62,637 nt of DNA, filler included, from Nitrospirota bacterium (GCA_011620345.1; 12 parts of 12 records of this genome joined end to end with filler, not necessarily neighbours in it); one strand, 5' to 3'. Shown: positions 9,730 through 20,982, counted from the first letter of the whole stretch. A program made the numbers and translations. Notes: a model not told the origin generated them from the sequence alone.

Positions 9730-10473
9730 CTAAGGTTCTTGAAGGAGCCTTGGAAGCACGCTTGCGGCAGGTCCTCTCAGGCATACATCGGCCATGGGAG
9801 AAAGGGGCGTGGACTCGGGGTTGATTTCGATCAAGAACGCGCCCGCATCTTTGGCCAACCCAGGCAGGCCTGCTGCCGGGAAAACGAGCCCCGAGGTGCC
9901 GATCACGAGCATCGCTTCGCACTGGCCGGCTTCTTCGAAGGCCTGGTTCATCACTCCCGCAGGAAGCGGCTCGCCGAACCATACGACATCAGGCCGAAGC
10001 AACCCTCCGCAGTGGTGGCACAAAGGAGGAAGCTTCTGGGCGATCGGAACGGCAAAGCTTTCCTCTAAAACCCCGCAGCCAAGGCAGCGTGTCCGAAACA
10101 GGTTACCGTGCAGCTCGAGAATGTTTTTGGAGCCCGCCCGCGCATGGAGCCCGTCTACGTTTTGCGTAATCAAGTAAAAATGAGGAACGCGGGCTTCGAG
10201 CGCCGCCAGGGCAACGTGGGCCGGGTTGGGAACCGCCCTGGAAACAAGCGCCCTCCTGAACTCGTAAAACTCCCAGACAAGCGCCGGGTTTCGGTTGAAG
10301 GCCTCCGGGGTTGCGAGCTCTTGGGCCCGGAACTCCTTCCAGAGCCCATTTGTTCCACGAAACGTAGGAACGCCGCTTTCTTTGGACACCCCAGCACCAG
10401 TCAACACGACGACGCGTGCTTTTTCGCGGAATGCAATTTTTGCCCTTTCCAGCTCTTCTAGGTTCCGTTCCAT
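9730..10473 (-). CDS. cobB: NAD-dependent protein deacylase CobB (class III sirtuin)
   Basis: GAGVSKESGVPTFR, YxxR (FYEFRR), TQNVDGLH, RPDVVWFGE. Confidence 0.9.
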   Translation of the reverse strand: MERNLEELERAKIAFREKARVVVLTGAGVSKESGVPTFRGTNGLWKEFRAQELATPEAFNRNPALVWEFYEFRRALVSRAVPNPAHVALAALEARVPHFYLITQNVDGLHARAGSKNILELHGNLFRTRCLGCGVLEESFAVPIAQKLPPLCHHCGGLLRPDVVWFGEPLPAGVMNQAFEEAGQCEAMLVIGTSGLVFPAAGLPGLAKDAGAFLIEINPESTPLSPMADVCLRGPAASVLPRLLQEP

Positions 10474-10531
10474 CTCAAACCTATTTTGTGTACAATGAGC
10501 GCATTACTAATTTTTTTAAAAAGGCTCCTGA

Positions 10532-11089
10532 ATGGATTGGGATACGCGCTACCAAAACAACCCGGGCTATGTCTTCGGAAAAGACCCCGCACGGTTCCTT
10601 TTGGAGAACCGCATTTTTCTTCCAACGCCCGGGGTAGCGCTGGACGTGGCCGTCGGGGAGGGAAGAAACGCCGCGTACCTGGCAAGGCTTGGCTTCCGTG
10701 TGGCGGGATTTGACCTTTCGAAAGCCGGGCTCATCAAGGCCTCAAGGCTCGCCTTCGAGCATGGCGTGGCCATACAGCCCGTCATAGCGGACCTGACAAA
10801 GGTTGCCATTGCCCCGGCCAGCCTAGACTTAATTGTATGCATCAATTTCTTGGAGCGCCCCCTTTTACCGGTACTCATGGAAGCGCTCAAACCCAAGGGC
10901 AGGTTTTTTATGGAAACATACACAAAAGGCCAGTTAAAATACAGCTTTGGCCCCTCCAACATAGACCACCTGCTCAAAGAGGGCGAACTGCTCGAGCTTT
11001 TCAAGGACCTGTCCATCCTTTTCTACCAGGAGTTGGACAATGAGCTCACGGGGGCCAAGGCGGGAATTATCGCAGAAAAGCGACACTAA
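10532..11089 (+). CDS. Class I SAM-dependent methyltransferase (TehB-like)
   Basis: WDTRY, ALDVAVGEGRNAAYLA, LKPKG. Confidence 0.85.
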   Translation: MDWDTRYQNNPGYVFGKDPARFLLENRIFLPTPGVALDVAVGEGRNAAYLARLGFRVAGFDLSKAGLIKASRLAFEHGVAIQPVIADLTKVAIAPASLDLIVCINFLERPLLPVLMEALKPKGRFFMETYTKGQLKYSFGPSNIDHLLKEGELLELFKDLSILFYQELDNELTGAKAGIIAEKRH

Positions 11090-12972
11090 CCCCCTTGCCG
11101 TGCCATGGCCTCGAGCCGAGCTTCATGGAGGCTAAGCACCCTTTGCTCCTTCACGACGAGCACGGGTAGCTCAACCCTAACGCCTACCTGCTCGATCTCT
11201 CTTTTGAGGGCCTCAAGCCATGCCTCGAACCCGGGCAGTATCTCGAGCGTCCGTTTGGAGGTCCAAAGCCCGTACATGTCCCTTCCCCATGTTTCAAAGC
11301 CAAGGCCGCGGCGGCCGCCAAGGTCCCAAGGCCCGCCAAACCCTGCTTTTGCCCTCCCTTTGGCAAGGAGCTCCATCATCTGGAGCGGCCTCGATGCGCG
11401 TATGACCTCCATAGGCCTTTGCACGTCCACTTTGGAAGAAAGCCGCTCGAAGAGCCTTTCGGTGTCCGAGCTGGGATTAAGCTGAACCCATGGTCCTTGG
11501 GCTGCCTTGGAGCGCCAAAGCCCCACTGGGCGCTCGAACAACGGAACAAAGGCCGCAGCCTCCTCAGATTTTGGACCAAACCTCTCCGAGTCCGTCAATA
11601 GGCTGGAGGCATGAAGAACGCCAAGGATATCGAGGGCCTCCGAATCCGAGGCGATAGGCTCGGCCCCTTCTGGAGACCATCCGATACGCAACTTTGAGCG
11701 CAGGTTCGCAAGGGCAAGCTCCAAGCAGGGCTCGATCACGCCGACGATCAAGCCTTGGAAAAAGGGTTCGCGATACAATCCTTTAAGCCAGACCTCTTGA
11801 TCCTCTCCTGGCGCGACCTGCGTCTTTCCTGTCTGGAGCACGATATCCCCGTCAGAATCGACGGTGGGCCGCATTCTTGAAGATGCGCTCGGGAGCGCGT
11901 AGTAGCCCCTCTTGCCAGAAGGGGCTTCGAGGAGACCAACCCTGACAATTTCTCGAAGCTTTCTTGTGCGCGAAAGCCCTGTAAGCGCGCTTACTGGAAG
12001 CCCAACTCGCTCCGGCAGGTCTTGGCCCATCATCCGACAGACAAGGAGAGGAACGAGCACGTCCGTCCAAGCAAATGCCCCGAAGGGATAACCCGGAACG
12101 CCGACAATCGGCTTACCGAGCGCCTCGCCTAGCAAAAGAGGCTTGCCCGGCTTGACCTGGACGCCGTGCAGCAGTACCTTTCCCAACGCTTCGATCGCAC
12201 CGTGTACGTAATCGTGCCTACCGGCCGACGTGCCCGCCACGATGAAAACAAAATCGGCCCCATGGAGCGCCTCCCTAAGCGCCTCGATAATTCGATCGGG
12301 GTCGTCCTGAACGGGAGGAAGCCTTTTGGCGATTCCGCCGAACGCCTCGATCGTGCGCTCGATATAGAGCGAGTTCGTATCGAGGATCTGGCCGTGGACC
12401 ACGGGGCTGCCTACAGGCCGAATTTCCGACCCTGTGGGCAGGATGCATCCCGTGGGGCGCTTATGCACGCGCACTTCGGAAACCCCTGCAGCCGCAGAAA
12501 GGCACATTGCCTCCGGCATGATCTTTCGCCCCTTGGGCAGAATCACCTCCCCCCCCACGATGTCCTCACCGATGAGCCTTACGTTGTCGAACGCTTCGGG
12601 CCAATCTTTGGCTTGCACCCGGATAGGGCCTCCGGGTGCTTGATGCACACGCTCGATCATAAGGACCCTGTCAAAAGGCTCAGGGATGGGGTTGCCCGTA
12701 TCGACGAAGGCGAAATTCAGCCCCTCTTGGAGCACAACTTCTCCTTCGGGCACCGGTGCTTCCCCCCTCAGCGCAACCCCGTCCATCCCAGAAAGCATTC
12801 CCAAAGGAACGCTCAAGGGGGCGATGAGGGGCTCGGCGAGAACCCTGCCTTGGGCCTCGAGCAGCGTAACGGTCTCTATTTCCGTCAGGGGGGCCTGTTC
12901 AAGCAACCCTCCGAGCATGGCAAGAGCCTGCTCGTACGTAGCTTCAGGCTTAACCTTCCTTCTCGTTTCCAT
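11086..12972 (-). CDS. moeA: Molybdopterin molybdotransferase MoeA with divergent C-terminal extra domain
   Basis: SGMDGVA, VDTGNPIP, PTGSEI, GTSAG..DY, KPGKP, PGYP. Start re-set to METRR at 12972. Confidence 0.85.
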   Translation of the reverse strand: METRRKVKPEATYEQALAMLGGLLEQAPLTEIETVTLLEAQGRVLAEPLIAPLSVPLGMLSGMDGVALRGEAPVPEGEVVLQEGLNFAFVDTGNPIPEPFDRVLMIERVHQAPGGPIRVQAKDWPEAFDNVRLIGEDIVGGEVILPKGRKIMPEAMCLSAAAGVSEVRVHKRPTGCILPTGSEIRPVGSPVVHGQILDTNSLYIERTIEAFGGIAKRLPPVQDDPDRIIEALREALHGADFVFIVAGTSAGRHDYVHGAIEALGKVLLHGVQVKPGKPLLLGEALGKPIVGVPGYPFGAFAWTDVLVPLLVCRMMGQDLPERVGLPVSALTGLSRTRKLREIVRVGLLEAPSGKRGYYALPSASSRMRPTVDSDGDIVLQTGKTQVAPGEDQEVWLKGLYREPFFQGLIVGVIEPCLELALANLRSKLRIGWSPEGAEPIASDSEALDILGVLHASSLLTDSERFGPKSEEAAAFVPLFERPVGLWRSKAAQGPWVQLNPSSDTERLFERLSSKVDVQRPMEVIRASRPLQMMELLAKGRAKAGFGGPWDLGGRRGLGFETWGRDMYGLWTSKRTLEILPGFEAWLEALKREIEQVGVRVELPVLVVKEQRVLSLHEARLEAMARQGG

Positions 12973-14362
12973 CAAGACCCTTTCTTGGTTGAACCAAAAA
13001 GAACATAAAATCGCAGGCGTTCGTCTTCGTCGGGCCCGACTTGAACAGCCCTCCAAAGCGCTCAAAAAAAGAAGTGGCGTCGTTACGCTCCAGGTACTCC
13101 GAGACTTGTCGGGCGGACAGGCCCGTCTTGGCCAGGACGCCCGGAAAAACGAATGCCCCGGCCGCATCGCTGTTGCCGTCTTTTCCGTCGCTTGCGGCAA
13201 CGAGCCCGCAGATGGAATCATCCCGGAAGCCTTCTTTGGCCGCCTGCAAGAGCATGGAAAGCGCAAGCTCCTGGCAGCGGCCTCCCCGGCCATCTCCTTT
13301 TACGAAAACCGTCGTCTCGCCTCCGGCCAGCAAAAGAACCGGAGGCTTGGCGATCAGGCCGTTCTCGGCGCAATCCCGGGCAATGGCCCATAGCACCTTG
13401 CCCACCTCCCTGGCCTCACCCTGAAGCCTGCTTGTGAGGGCAAGAACCCGGAAACCCAGACGCTCCGCCGTCCGTTTCGCCGCCAAAAGGCCCGTTTTGT
13501 TCGACCCGACCAGCACGGCTTCATGGCGTACATGGGCGAGCTCGTCTGGCGTTGGGGTTTCCGGGTTCTTGCCCTCAGCCCCAAGCATCAACAACCGGAC
13601 GGCCGCTTGGGGCATCCTCTCCAAAAGCCCGAGCCGCTCTATGCAATCAAGGGCGTCGGCGTAGGTCGTCGTGTCCCCAACCGTCGGTCCCGATGCGACC
13701 ACGTCCATTGGATCGCCCACGACGTCCGAAAGAATCAGACTTACCGAGGCCGCCCGCTCAAAGAGCCTCAAGAGCCTGCCCCCCTTGATTGCCGAGAGGT
13801 GCTTGCGTACGGCGTTGAGCTCCTCGATCGTCGCCCCACTCAATAGCAAAAGCTTGACCGTGGCCCTCAAGTCATCGATGCTTAGCTTGATGGTTTCCTC
13901 GCCCAGACGAAGGCAAGCCCCTTCCTCGATAACGCTCGAAGCCCCGCCCGATAAGAGAAAAAACACTAGCGTTTTCTCATCCGCGCTCGCTGCGAGCTCT
14001 CGAACTTCCATTGCGGCCTCGAGGCTCCTATCATCGGGTAGCGGGTGGGCGGCTTCGTAAATCGGGGTGCGATCCAGTCGCTCTTTGTAGCCGTCCGGAA
14101 CGATAACGAGGCCCCGGCTCAAACTACCCCCAAGCGCGTCTTCGAGCGCCCGCGCCATTTTGCCCGACGCCTTGCCCATCCCGACAACGAAAACTTGAGC
14201 AAAAGAGTCAAGTCGAAGACGCCGAAGGCGTTTTGCGCCCCGGATTCTAAGCGTCCCGTTTTGGACCTTAACCCTTGACCTGATCGCTTCGTAGGGGTCC
14301 AGCGAGTTTAGCGCGGAGCGAAACAACCCCTCGAGCAGCCGGAGGGCATTCTCTCCCTCCAC
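12950..14362 (-). CDS. Glycerate kinase type 2 (DUF4147 + MOFRL)
   Basis: GKAS, HPLPD, LSGGASS, LNAVRKHLSAIKGG, SDVVGD, GGETTV, DGKDG. Confidence 0.9.
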   Translation of the reverse strand: MEGENALRLLEGLFRSALNSLDPYEAIRSRVKVQNGTLRIRGAKRLRRLRLDSFAQVFVVGMGKASGKMARALEDALGGSLSRGLVIVPDGYKERLDRTPIYEAAHPLPDDRSLEAAMEVRELAASADEKTLVFFLLSGGASSVIEEGACLRLGEETIKLSIDDLRATVKLLLLSGATIEELNAVRKHLSAIKGGRLLRLFERAASVSLILSDVVGDPMDVVASGPTVGDTTTYADALDCIERLGLLERMPQAAVRLLMLGAEGKNPETPTPDELAHVRHEAVLVGSNKTGLLAAKRTAERLGFRVLALTSRLQGEAREVGKVLWAIARDCAENGLIAKPPVLLLAGGETTVFVKGDGRGGRCQELALSMLLQAAKEGFRDDSICGLVAASDGKDGNSDAAGAFVFPGVLAKTGLSARQVSEYLERNDATSFFERFGGLFKSGPTKTNACDFMFFLVQPRKGLDGNEKEG

Positions 14363-14366
14363 GCCC

Positions 14367-15464
14367 CTATTCCTCCTCCTTGCTTGCCGCCTTCAGGCTC
14401 TTTTTGACGCTATACTTCACGGCCTTTCTAAGAATAATACTCCGCTTCGCCCCGTCCATCACGACAACCATGTCATCGTATAGCGAAGGGTCGTGGATGA
14501 GCGCGCCAAGCGTCCCCTCCCCCTTTGCCACCGCCCCGAGCGTCGCATCTAGGTTTTTCGAGGCCCGCTCGATGTGCGCGCTTGCCTTTGATAGCCGCTC
14601 GAGCGCTTGCTTCCCCTCGCCCTCCTTGGACAAGAGCGCGTTCAAGAACGTGCCTTCGGTCTTTGCTTGGCCAAGAATGTCAGAAAGTTCACGGGTAACT
14701 CCCTCTAAGTTGGCAAGTACCCGGGTGCCGCTTTTGTCGTAGAGCAGGCTGTGCAAAAGGCTGCCTTCCGTGTTTATCCTAGCCGTCGCCTTCGAGAGGT
14801 CTTGGGTGATGCGTTCGATGTTATCTGCGGCCTTAGCCAGCTCCTTCCCGTAGATAAGGCTATGGAGCGAGCCTTCCTTGTTCGTCCGGATATCTTTAAC
14901 GAGTACTCGCACCTCCTCTACGGCCCCCGAGAACGAAGCAAGCCTTGCATTTTTCCGGACATCCATCAGGATTTCATTCAGGGAGGAAGAAGCTTGGCTT
15001 AGGTTGTCTAGAATCTCCGTGCCGCGCGCGATGGCTTTGTAGATGTCTGGCGGGTTCACGCTCGCCACGGTATCGCCCCCAACGTGAACGGGAGCATTTT
15101 GAGACCCCATCGAAAGGTTGACATACTTGTCCCCCAAAAGGCCCATCGTCTGGATGCTCGCAAGAGAATCTTTACGGATAAACGTAAGGTATCGTTTATT
15201 CACGTCCATCCGAACGATTAAGACATTGCCCTTGCTTGGCTGGTCGATTGAAATATCCGTGACCGTGCCTATCCTTATGCCCTGGAGCATGACGGGGGCC
15301 CCGCCTACAAGCCCGCTCACGTCTTCAAAGCGGGCAAAAAGCTGCACCTGTTCGGTAAAGAGACCGGAGCGCGCCCCGATCATAAGGACAACCGCGACCA
15401 ACGCACCAAGCGTCGCCAAAAGAAAAATTCCCGCACGAACTTCTTTTTTGTAGCCTGTACTCAT
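14367..15464 (-). CDS. mlaD: MlaD/MCE-family lipid transport protein with long helical tail
   Basis: N-terminal TM; GLVGGAPV..QGIRIGTV; TMGLLGDKYV; repeated GSL..LIY/GTLGALI units. Confidence 0.85.
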   Translation of the reverse strand: MSTGYKKEVRAGIFLLATLGALVAVVLMIGARSGLFTEQVQLFARFEDVSGLVGGAPVMLQGIRIGTVTDISIDQPSKGNVLIVRMDVNKRYLTFIRKDSLASIQTMGLLGDKYVNLSMGSQNAPVHVGGDTVASVNPPDIYKAIARGTEILDNLSQASSSLNEILMDVRKNARLASFSGAVEEVRVLVKDIRTNKEGSLHSLIYGKELAKAADNIERITQDLSKATARINTEGSLLHSLLYDKSGTRVLANLEGVTRELSDILGQAKTEGTFLNALLSKEGEGKQALERLSKASAHIERASKNLDATLGAVAKGEGTLGALIHDPSLYDDMVVVMDGAKRSIILRKAVKYSVKKSLKAASKEEE

Positions 15465-15469
15465 GATTT

Positions 15470-16240
15470 TTATGATTCGCCCCCTTCTTCCAGCAACCTG
15501 CCTTCGATGAACCTGCGTACGTAAGGGTTGGTAGAGCGCTTGAGCTCGTCTGGACTTCCAACAGACTCGACGCGCCCCTCTCTAAAAAGCGCCCAGCGGT
15601 GGGATACGGCCTCGGCCGATGCAATGTCGTGCGTAACGACGACCGCCGTCGTGCCCTGCTCTTGGTTAAGCCTAAGGATCAACTCGTTTATGTTACGAAC
15701 GTTCGAAGGGTCGAGCCCTGTGGTAGGCTCATCGAACAAAATGACTTCCGGATCCAGAACCATCGCCCTGGCCAGCCCCACCCTCTTTTGCATCCCCCCT
15801 GAAAGTTCCGAGGGAAACTTCCCTTCGGCCCCCCCTAGTCCAACCCAGCGGAGCCGCTCGAGTACCCTCGGACGAACCTCCACGGAAGACTTGCCCATCA
15901 CTTCCGTAAGCGGATAAGCAACATTTTCGAACACGCTGAGCGAATCGAACAAGGCCGCGCTCTGGAAAACCACCCCGACCTTTTGACGAACCTGGAACAG
16001 TCCCTTTTCATCAAGCGGAACTATATCTTCGCCAAACAAGAGAATCGAGCCTTTGTCCGGCTTGATAAGCCCGACGACCTCCTTTAATAGGACACTCTTT
16101 CCCGAGCCCGACCCCCCAAGGATAGTAATCACCTCGCCACGGTAAATTTGGAGCTCGACTCCTTTATGGACCTCCTGGGCTCCGAACGCTTTGTATACGC
16201 CTTGAATGGCGATAATTACTTGGGCCACGCCGGACATCAA
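15470..16240 (-). CDS. mlaF: MlaF ABC transporter ATPase
   Basis: GGSGSGKS, FQSAALFDS, LSGGMQKRV, DEPTTGLDP. Confidence 0.9.
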   Translation of the reverse strand: MMSGVAQVIIAIQGVYKAFGAQEVHKGVELQIYRGEVITILGGSGSGKSVLLKEVVGLIKPDKGSILLFGEDIVPLDEKGLFQVRQKVGVVFQSAALFDSLSVFENVAYPLTEVMGKSSVEVRPRVLERLRWVGLGGAEGKFPSELSGGMQKRVGLARAMVLDPEVILFDEPTTGLDPSNVRNINELILRLNQEQGTTAVVVTHDIASAEAVSHRWALFREGRVESVGSPDELKRSTNPYVRRFIEGRLLEEGGES

Positions 16241-17031
16241 AAGAGCATGATCAGCTTGGTCAAGAAGTAATCCGAGATGAGGACAGACACCGCCGTAACG
16301 ACAACCGCCTGCGTCGTCGCTTTGCCTACCCCTTGGGCACCGGCCTTTGCTCCAAGCCCAAAAAAGCAGCCAAAAAGCCCTATAAGAAACCCGAAACAGC
16401 CCGCCTTGATCAGCCCGCTCAAAAGATCCTCCAAGACGATCGTATCGTAGCAGGTCTTGAGGTAGTATCCCGCCGGGATCTTAAGCTCCAACGTAGCAAC
16501 AACTGCACCCCCCAAGATGCCCACGATGTCGGCAAGGAAGGCCAAAAGCGGCATCGCGAGCGTAATCGCGAGCGTTTTTGGGGCGACGAGCTTACTTATG
16601 GGATCGGCTCCCATGACACGCATCGCATCGATCTGCTCGGTTACGGTCATCGAGCCCAGCTGGGCGGCGATCCCAGACCCCACGCGTCCACCCACCATCA
16701 ATGCCGTCAACACGGGCCCCAACTCTCTAACGAGGCTAAGGGAGACGACATAGCCGACATACATCTTGGCCCCGAAGCGGGTAAGCCCGTAGCTTGTCTG
16801 CAGCGCAAGCACCATCCCTGTAAAAACAGCCGTGAGCAGGACCACCGCGAGCGATCGCACGCCAAGAGTCTCCACTTCCTTAAGCACGTCTTTGTAGGAT
16901 ACCCTCCCCACTGCCTTGATCGTACCCAAGGCCAAAAGCCCAACCTTTCCAACCTCAGACAGTAGTCTTTCGAGGATCGTATCGGTTCGGTCGAGAAACC
17001 TTGCAAACCCGGCACTGGCCTGTTCTTGCAT
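16237..17031 (-). CDS. mlaE: MlaE ABC transporter permease
   Basis: RELGPVLTALMVGGRVGS, GSMTVTEQIDAM, GVGKATT. Confidence 0.92.
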   Translation of the reverse strand: MQEQASAGFARFLDRTDTILERLLSEVGKVGLLALGTIKAVGRVSYKDVLKEVETLGVRSLAVVLLTAVFTGMVLALQTSYGLTRFGAKMYVGYVVSLSLVRELGPVLTALMVGGRVGSGIAAQLGSMTVTEQIDAMRVMGADPISKLVAPKTLAITLAMPLLAFLADIVGILGGAVVATLELKIPAGYYLKTCYDTIVLEDLLSGLIKAGCFGFLIGLFGCFFGLGAKAGAQGVGKATTQAVVVTAVSVLISDYFLTKLIMLF

Positions 17032-17039
17032 TCAAGCCC

Positions 17040-17549
17040 CTAATGTAAAGAAACCCGAAGGACCCGCAAGGTGAGATCCTTAAAGAAATCGAGGGCTTCT
17101 TGGGGGTCCTTCTTTGGTGTAATCAAGAGCGTATCGTAAAGGACACCGCCTTTCTTCCAGGTCACAGAACGCACAAAAGAAGTCATCCCCTCTTCGGACA
17201 CCTCGAACGTTCCTACCAGCGTCTCGGTACCAAGGATTTTTTTCGGAACGATCCGAAGAACCCGGTAGTGCTCAAAACGAACGGGCAGATGCCTTGCCAT
17301 CCCCCAAACATTGGCCGAACCCTTGACCGGGGTAACGAGGACCAAGGCCAACGCCCCTTGCGGTTCGTTTTCAAACGCCAGTGTGCTTCCTTCAAAATCG
17401 AGAGGCTTCCAGGTTTGATGCTTTCTTGCACTACCCTTTAGCTCGCCAAAGAGCGCATCCTTCTTGAGCTCTAGGGGCGCCGAAAGCCTTGAGCATGCGC
17501 CCAACGCAAAAAACAAGAAAAGCGCTAAAACACTAGCTATGGACCGCAT
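17040..17549 (-). CDS. Hypothetical lipoprotein directly upstream of mlaE
   Basis: Hydrophobic signal ending in lipobox LGAC; abuts both neighbours. Confidence 0.7.
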   Translation of the reverse strand: MRSIASVLALFLFFALGACSRLSAPLELKKDALFGELKGSARKHQTWKPLDFEGSTLAFENEPQGALALVLVTPVKGSANVWGMARHLPVRFEHYRVLRIVPKKILGTETLVGTFEVSEEGMTSFVRSVTWKKGGVLYDTLLITPKKDPQEALDFFKDLTLRVLRVSLH

Positions 17550-17960
17550 TTAAGGAACCACCCCAACGCTGGTCAGCGCCTGGGAGAGCACCTGGCCTGC
17601 AACGAGCCCCACGCCGCCCTTTGAAGCCCCGTGGCCAGCCTTTCCGATCAAAACGAGCGATGCCCCGCAAGAAACGCCATACTCCACAATGCGCGCCGAT
17701 GGCCATCCCTTGAGACACACCACCCGAATCTCCGGATGACAGGCACCCAAACGTTCTCGGGCGCTAAGGATCTCGGCCAAAGCAGCCTCCTTAAGCGCTC
17801 GGGGATGCCTAGGAAGCGTTGAGTTAAAAAACAGCCTTGGATGCACCACAACGACCATCTCCAGCGAAACGCCAAACCCTTCGGCCACAACCAGGCCGAA
17901 ATCAAGCGCCCTCTTGGCGGGAGGCGAAAAATCGAAGGCGACCAAAAACTTGCCGGGCAT
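17550..17960 (-). CDS. Universal stress protein (divergent)
   Basis: LVAFDFSP, G.PSARIV, LVLIG..G, G.VAGQVL. Confidence 0.75.
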   Translation of the reverse strand: MPGKFLVAFDFSPPAKRALDFGLVVAEGFGVSLEMVVVVHPRLFFNSTLPRHPRALKEAALAEILSARERLGACHPEIRVVCLKGWPSARIVEYGVSCGASLVLIGKAGHGASKGGVGLVAGQVLSQALTSVGVVP

Positions 17961-18404
17961 TCACGCTCCCATTTGGGGCTTTGCCATTCGAACCGTCATG
18001 ACGGGGCAGTGAGCCTTTCGGACAACCTTTTCCGCGATCGAACCCAGGAGCGCATGCGAAACCCCCGTCCGGCCGTGCGTCCCCATCACAATCAGGTCCG
18101 CCGGCAAAGACTTGGCCAGTTGGACAATCTTTTGGGAAGGGGAGCCAATCCCGACTTCCACGTCTACAAGGAGACCTTCCGCCCGGAGCTCTTGAGCGAC
18201 GTTGTCGAGCTCCTTTCTTGCGTTCTCCTGGAGCTCCTCAAAGATTGGTGGCATGACAAAACCCGGGTAGTATTCAATCTCCTCGACAACGTGGAGGAGC
18301 ACAACCTTTACGCCGCCGAGCTTCTTGGCGAACTCCTTACCCGTCTGGAGCGCCTGGCTGGAGGTTTCGGAAAAATCCACAGGAATAAGGATTGTCTGGA
18401 TCAT
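17961..18404 (-). CDS. Universal stress protein
   Basis: ILIPVDFS, DLIVMGTHGRTG, LGSIAEKVVR.A.CPV. Confidence 0.92.
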   Translation of the reverse strand: MIQTILIPVDFSETSSQALQTGKEFAKKLGGVKVVLLHVVEEIEYYPGFVMPPIFEELQENARKELDNVAQELRAEGLLVDVEVGIGSPSQKIVQLAKSLPADLIVMGTHGRTGVSHALLGSIAEKVVRKAHCPVMTVRMAKPQMGA

Positions 18405-18426
18405 GGCTGATGCTCCCTGGGTTTCA

Positions 18427-18867
18427 TTATTCAGAGGGGAGTTCTTTGTGGGCAATCACCGGGCATTGGGCGCTGCGGATGACCCGTTCGGCCACCGACC
18501 CCAACGGAAGCAGGAACCCCCGCCCCCTTGCCCCCAAGACAATCAAGCCCGCTCCAAGCTCCTTGGCCTGGCTTACGATCGTCTCGTCGGGCCTGCCCAG
18601 CGCCACGTGAACGGAGAATTCGGGCAGCTCGGTCGGCATAGAGCGAACGAGTTCATTGAGCTTTTCTTTGGCCTTCTCGAGATCCGCCTCGCCTAGCTTG
18701 AACATCATCGGGCTAGAGGGCACGAAGACGCCGGATGGATTTTTTAAAACATACAAGACATCCAAGCGAGAGCGAGTTTGCTTGGCCAACTCACAGGCAT
18801 ACCTCAAGGCCCCCTTGGAAGGCTCGCTGAAATCCACACCGACGAGAATGCCTTTTAAATCCCACAT
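18427..18867 (-). CDS. Universal stress protein
   Basis: ILVGVDFS, LIVLGARG, LGSVAERVIRSAQCPV. Confidence 0.92.
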   Translation of the reverse strand: MWDLKGILVGVDFSEPSKGALRYACELAKQTRSRLDVLYVLKNPSGVFVPSSPMMFKLGEADLEKAKEKLNELVRSMPTELPEFSVHVALGRPDETIVSQAKELGAGLIVLGARGRGFLLPLGSVAERVIRSAQCPVIAHKELPSE

Positions 18868-18878
18868 GGCCGACGTCC

Positions 18879-20204
<1,326 letters not shown>

Positions 20205-20627
20205 CTAGATATAATACATCGTTGTCTTGTTTTGACGAAGCAGGTTTTCGCGGTCTAAAAGATCCTGAAGAGAAGTCTCTTCGAGCCTTTTTGCGATATG
20301 ACAGGACAACTCGAAAAGCCAGTCGTCTACCCCGTCTCCGATGCCGCCGGCATTGCACAGCATTCCCTCGTGCCCTTTGCCCTCCAGGATGCGCACTACC
20401 TCGTCTAGCTTCACGTCTACAGGGCTTCTTGCGATCCAGTAACCTCCCCCAACCCCACGTTTCGCCGTAAGGATCCGAGCCTTGCCAAGCGCTGCAAGTA
20501 CCTGCTCTAGATATTTGACGGGCGCATGGATGCTTTTTGCCAAATCCTGGATATGGGAAGGCCTTTCCCTGTCCTTTGCGATCTGAAGCAACGCCTTGAG
20601 CCCGTACACGAGCTTTGCCGTAAACAT
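20205..20627 (-). CDS. Rrf2-family transcriptional regulator (CymR-like)
   Basis: KYLEQVL, KRGVGGGY, C-terminal MYYI. A TATAAT lies at 20653-20658 on the minus strand upstream. Confidence 0.88.
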   Translation of the reverse strand: MFTAKLVYGLKALLQIAKDRERPSHIQDLAKSIHAPVKYLEQVLAALGKARILTAKRGVGGGYWIARSPVDVKLDEVVRILEGKGHEGMLCNAGGIGDGVDDWLFELSCHIAKRLEETSLQDLLDRENLLRQNKTTMYYI

Positions 20628-20845
20628 CCCTATCCCCCAATGTTTTGTCTTAATTATACCCTACAGCCCGTGCTTCCTTAAACGTACCAAGGCATAGGGC
20701 TGGTAACGCATAGATGGAGGTTCTTGCTTGTGCTACGCTGAATAAGCGTTCAATAATGGGGTTTTTGAGTCCGCCTACCCTTTAACCTTTAAGAGGCGCT
20801 TTTCCTATCTATCGGGAGCGGCGTGTGCAAGGATGGTCCGGCTTC

Positions 20846-20873
20846 GATAGCCGGGGCTTTCTAGCCCCGGCGA
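20846..20873 (+). repeat. REP-like palindrome GATA-GCCGGGGCT-TTCT-AGCCCCGGC
   Basis: Perfect 9-bp stem; near-identical copies at 33226-33238 and 34594-34621. Confidence 0.8.
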
Positions 20874-20982
20874 AAAGGTAATNNNNNNNNNNNNNNNNNN
20901 NNNNNNNNNNNNNNNNNNNNNNNNNNTTAATTAATTAANNNNNNNNNNNNNNNNNNNNNNNNNNNNNNNNNNNNNNNNNNNN

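Noticed and set aside
8908-10473. Sirtuins as anti-phage defence (Thoeris/DSR type)
   Set aside because: Both are single-domain Zn-binding deacylase types with no defence partners nearby.
12973-13293. 107-aa N-terminal extension of MoeA
   Set aside because: It overlaps glycerate kinase in another frame and has no MoeA similarity.
20630-20845. SAM riboswitch upstream of rrf2-metY
   Set aside because: No S-box consensus is visible, and a TATAAT lies close to the start codon.
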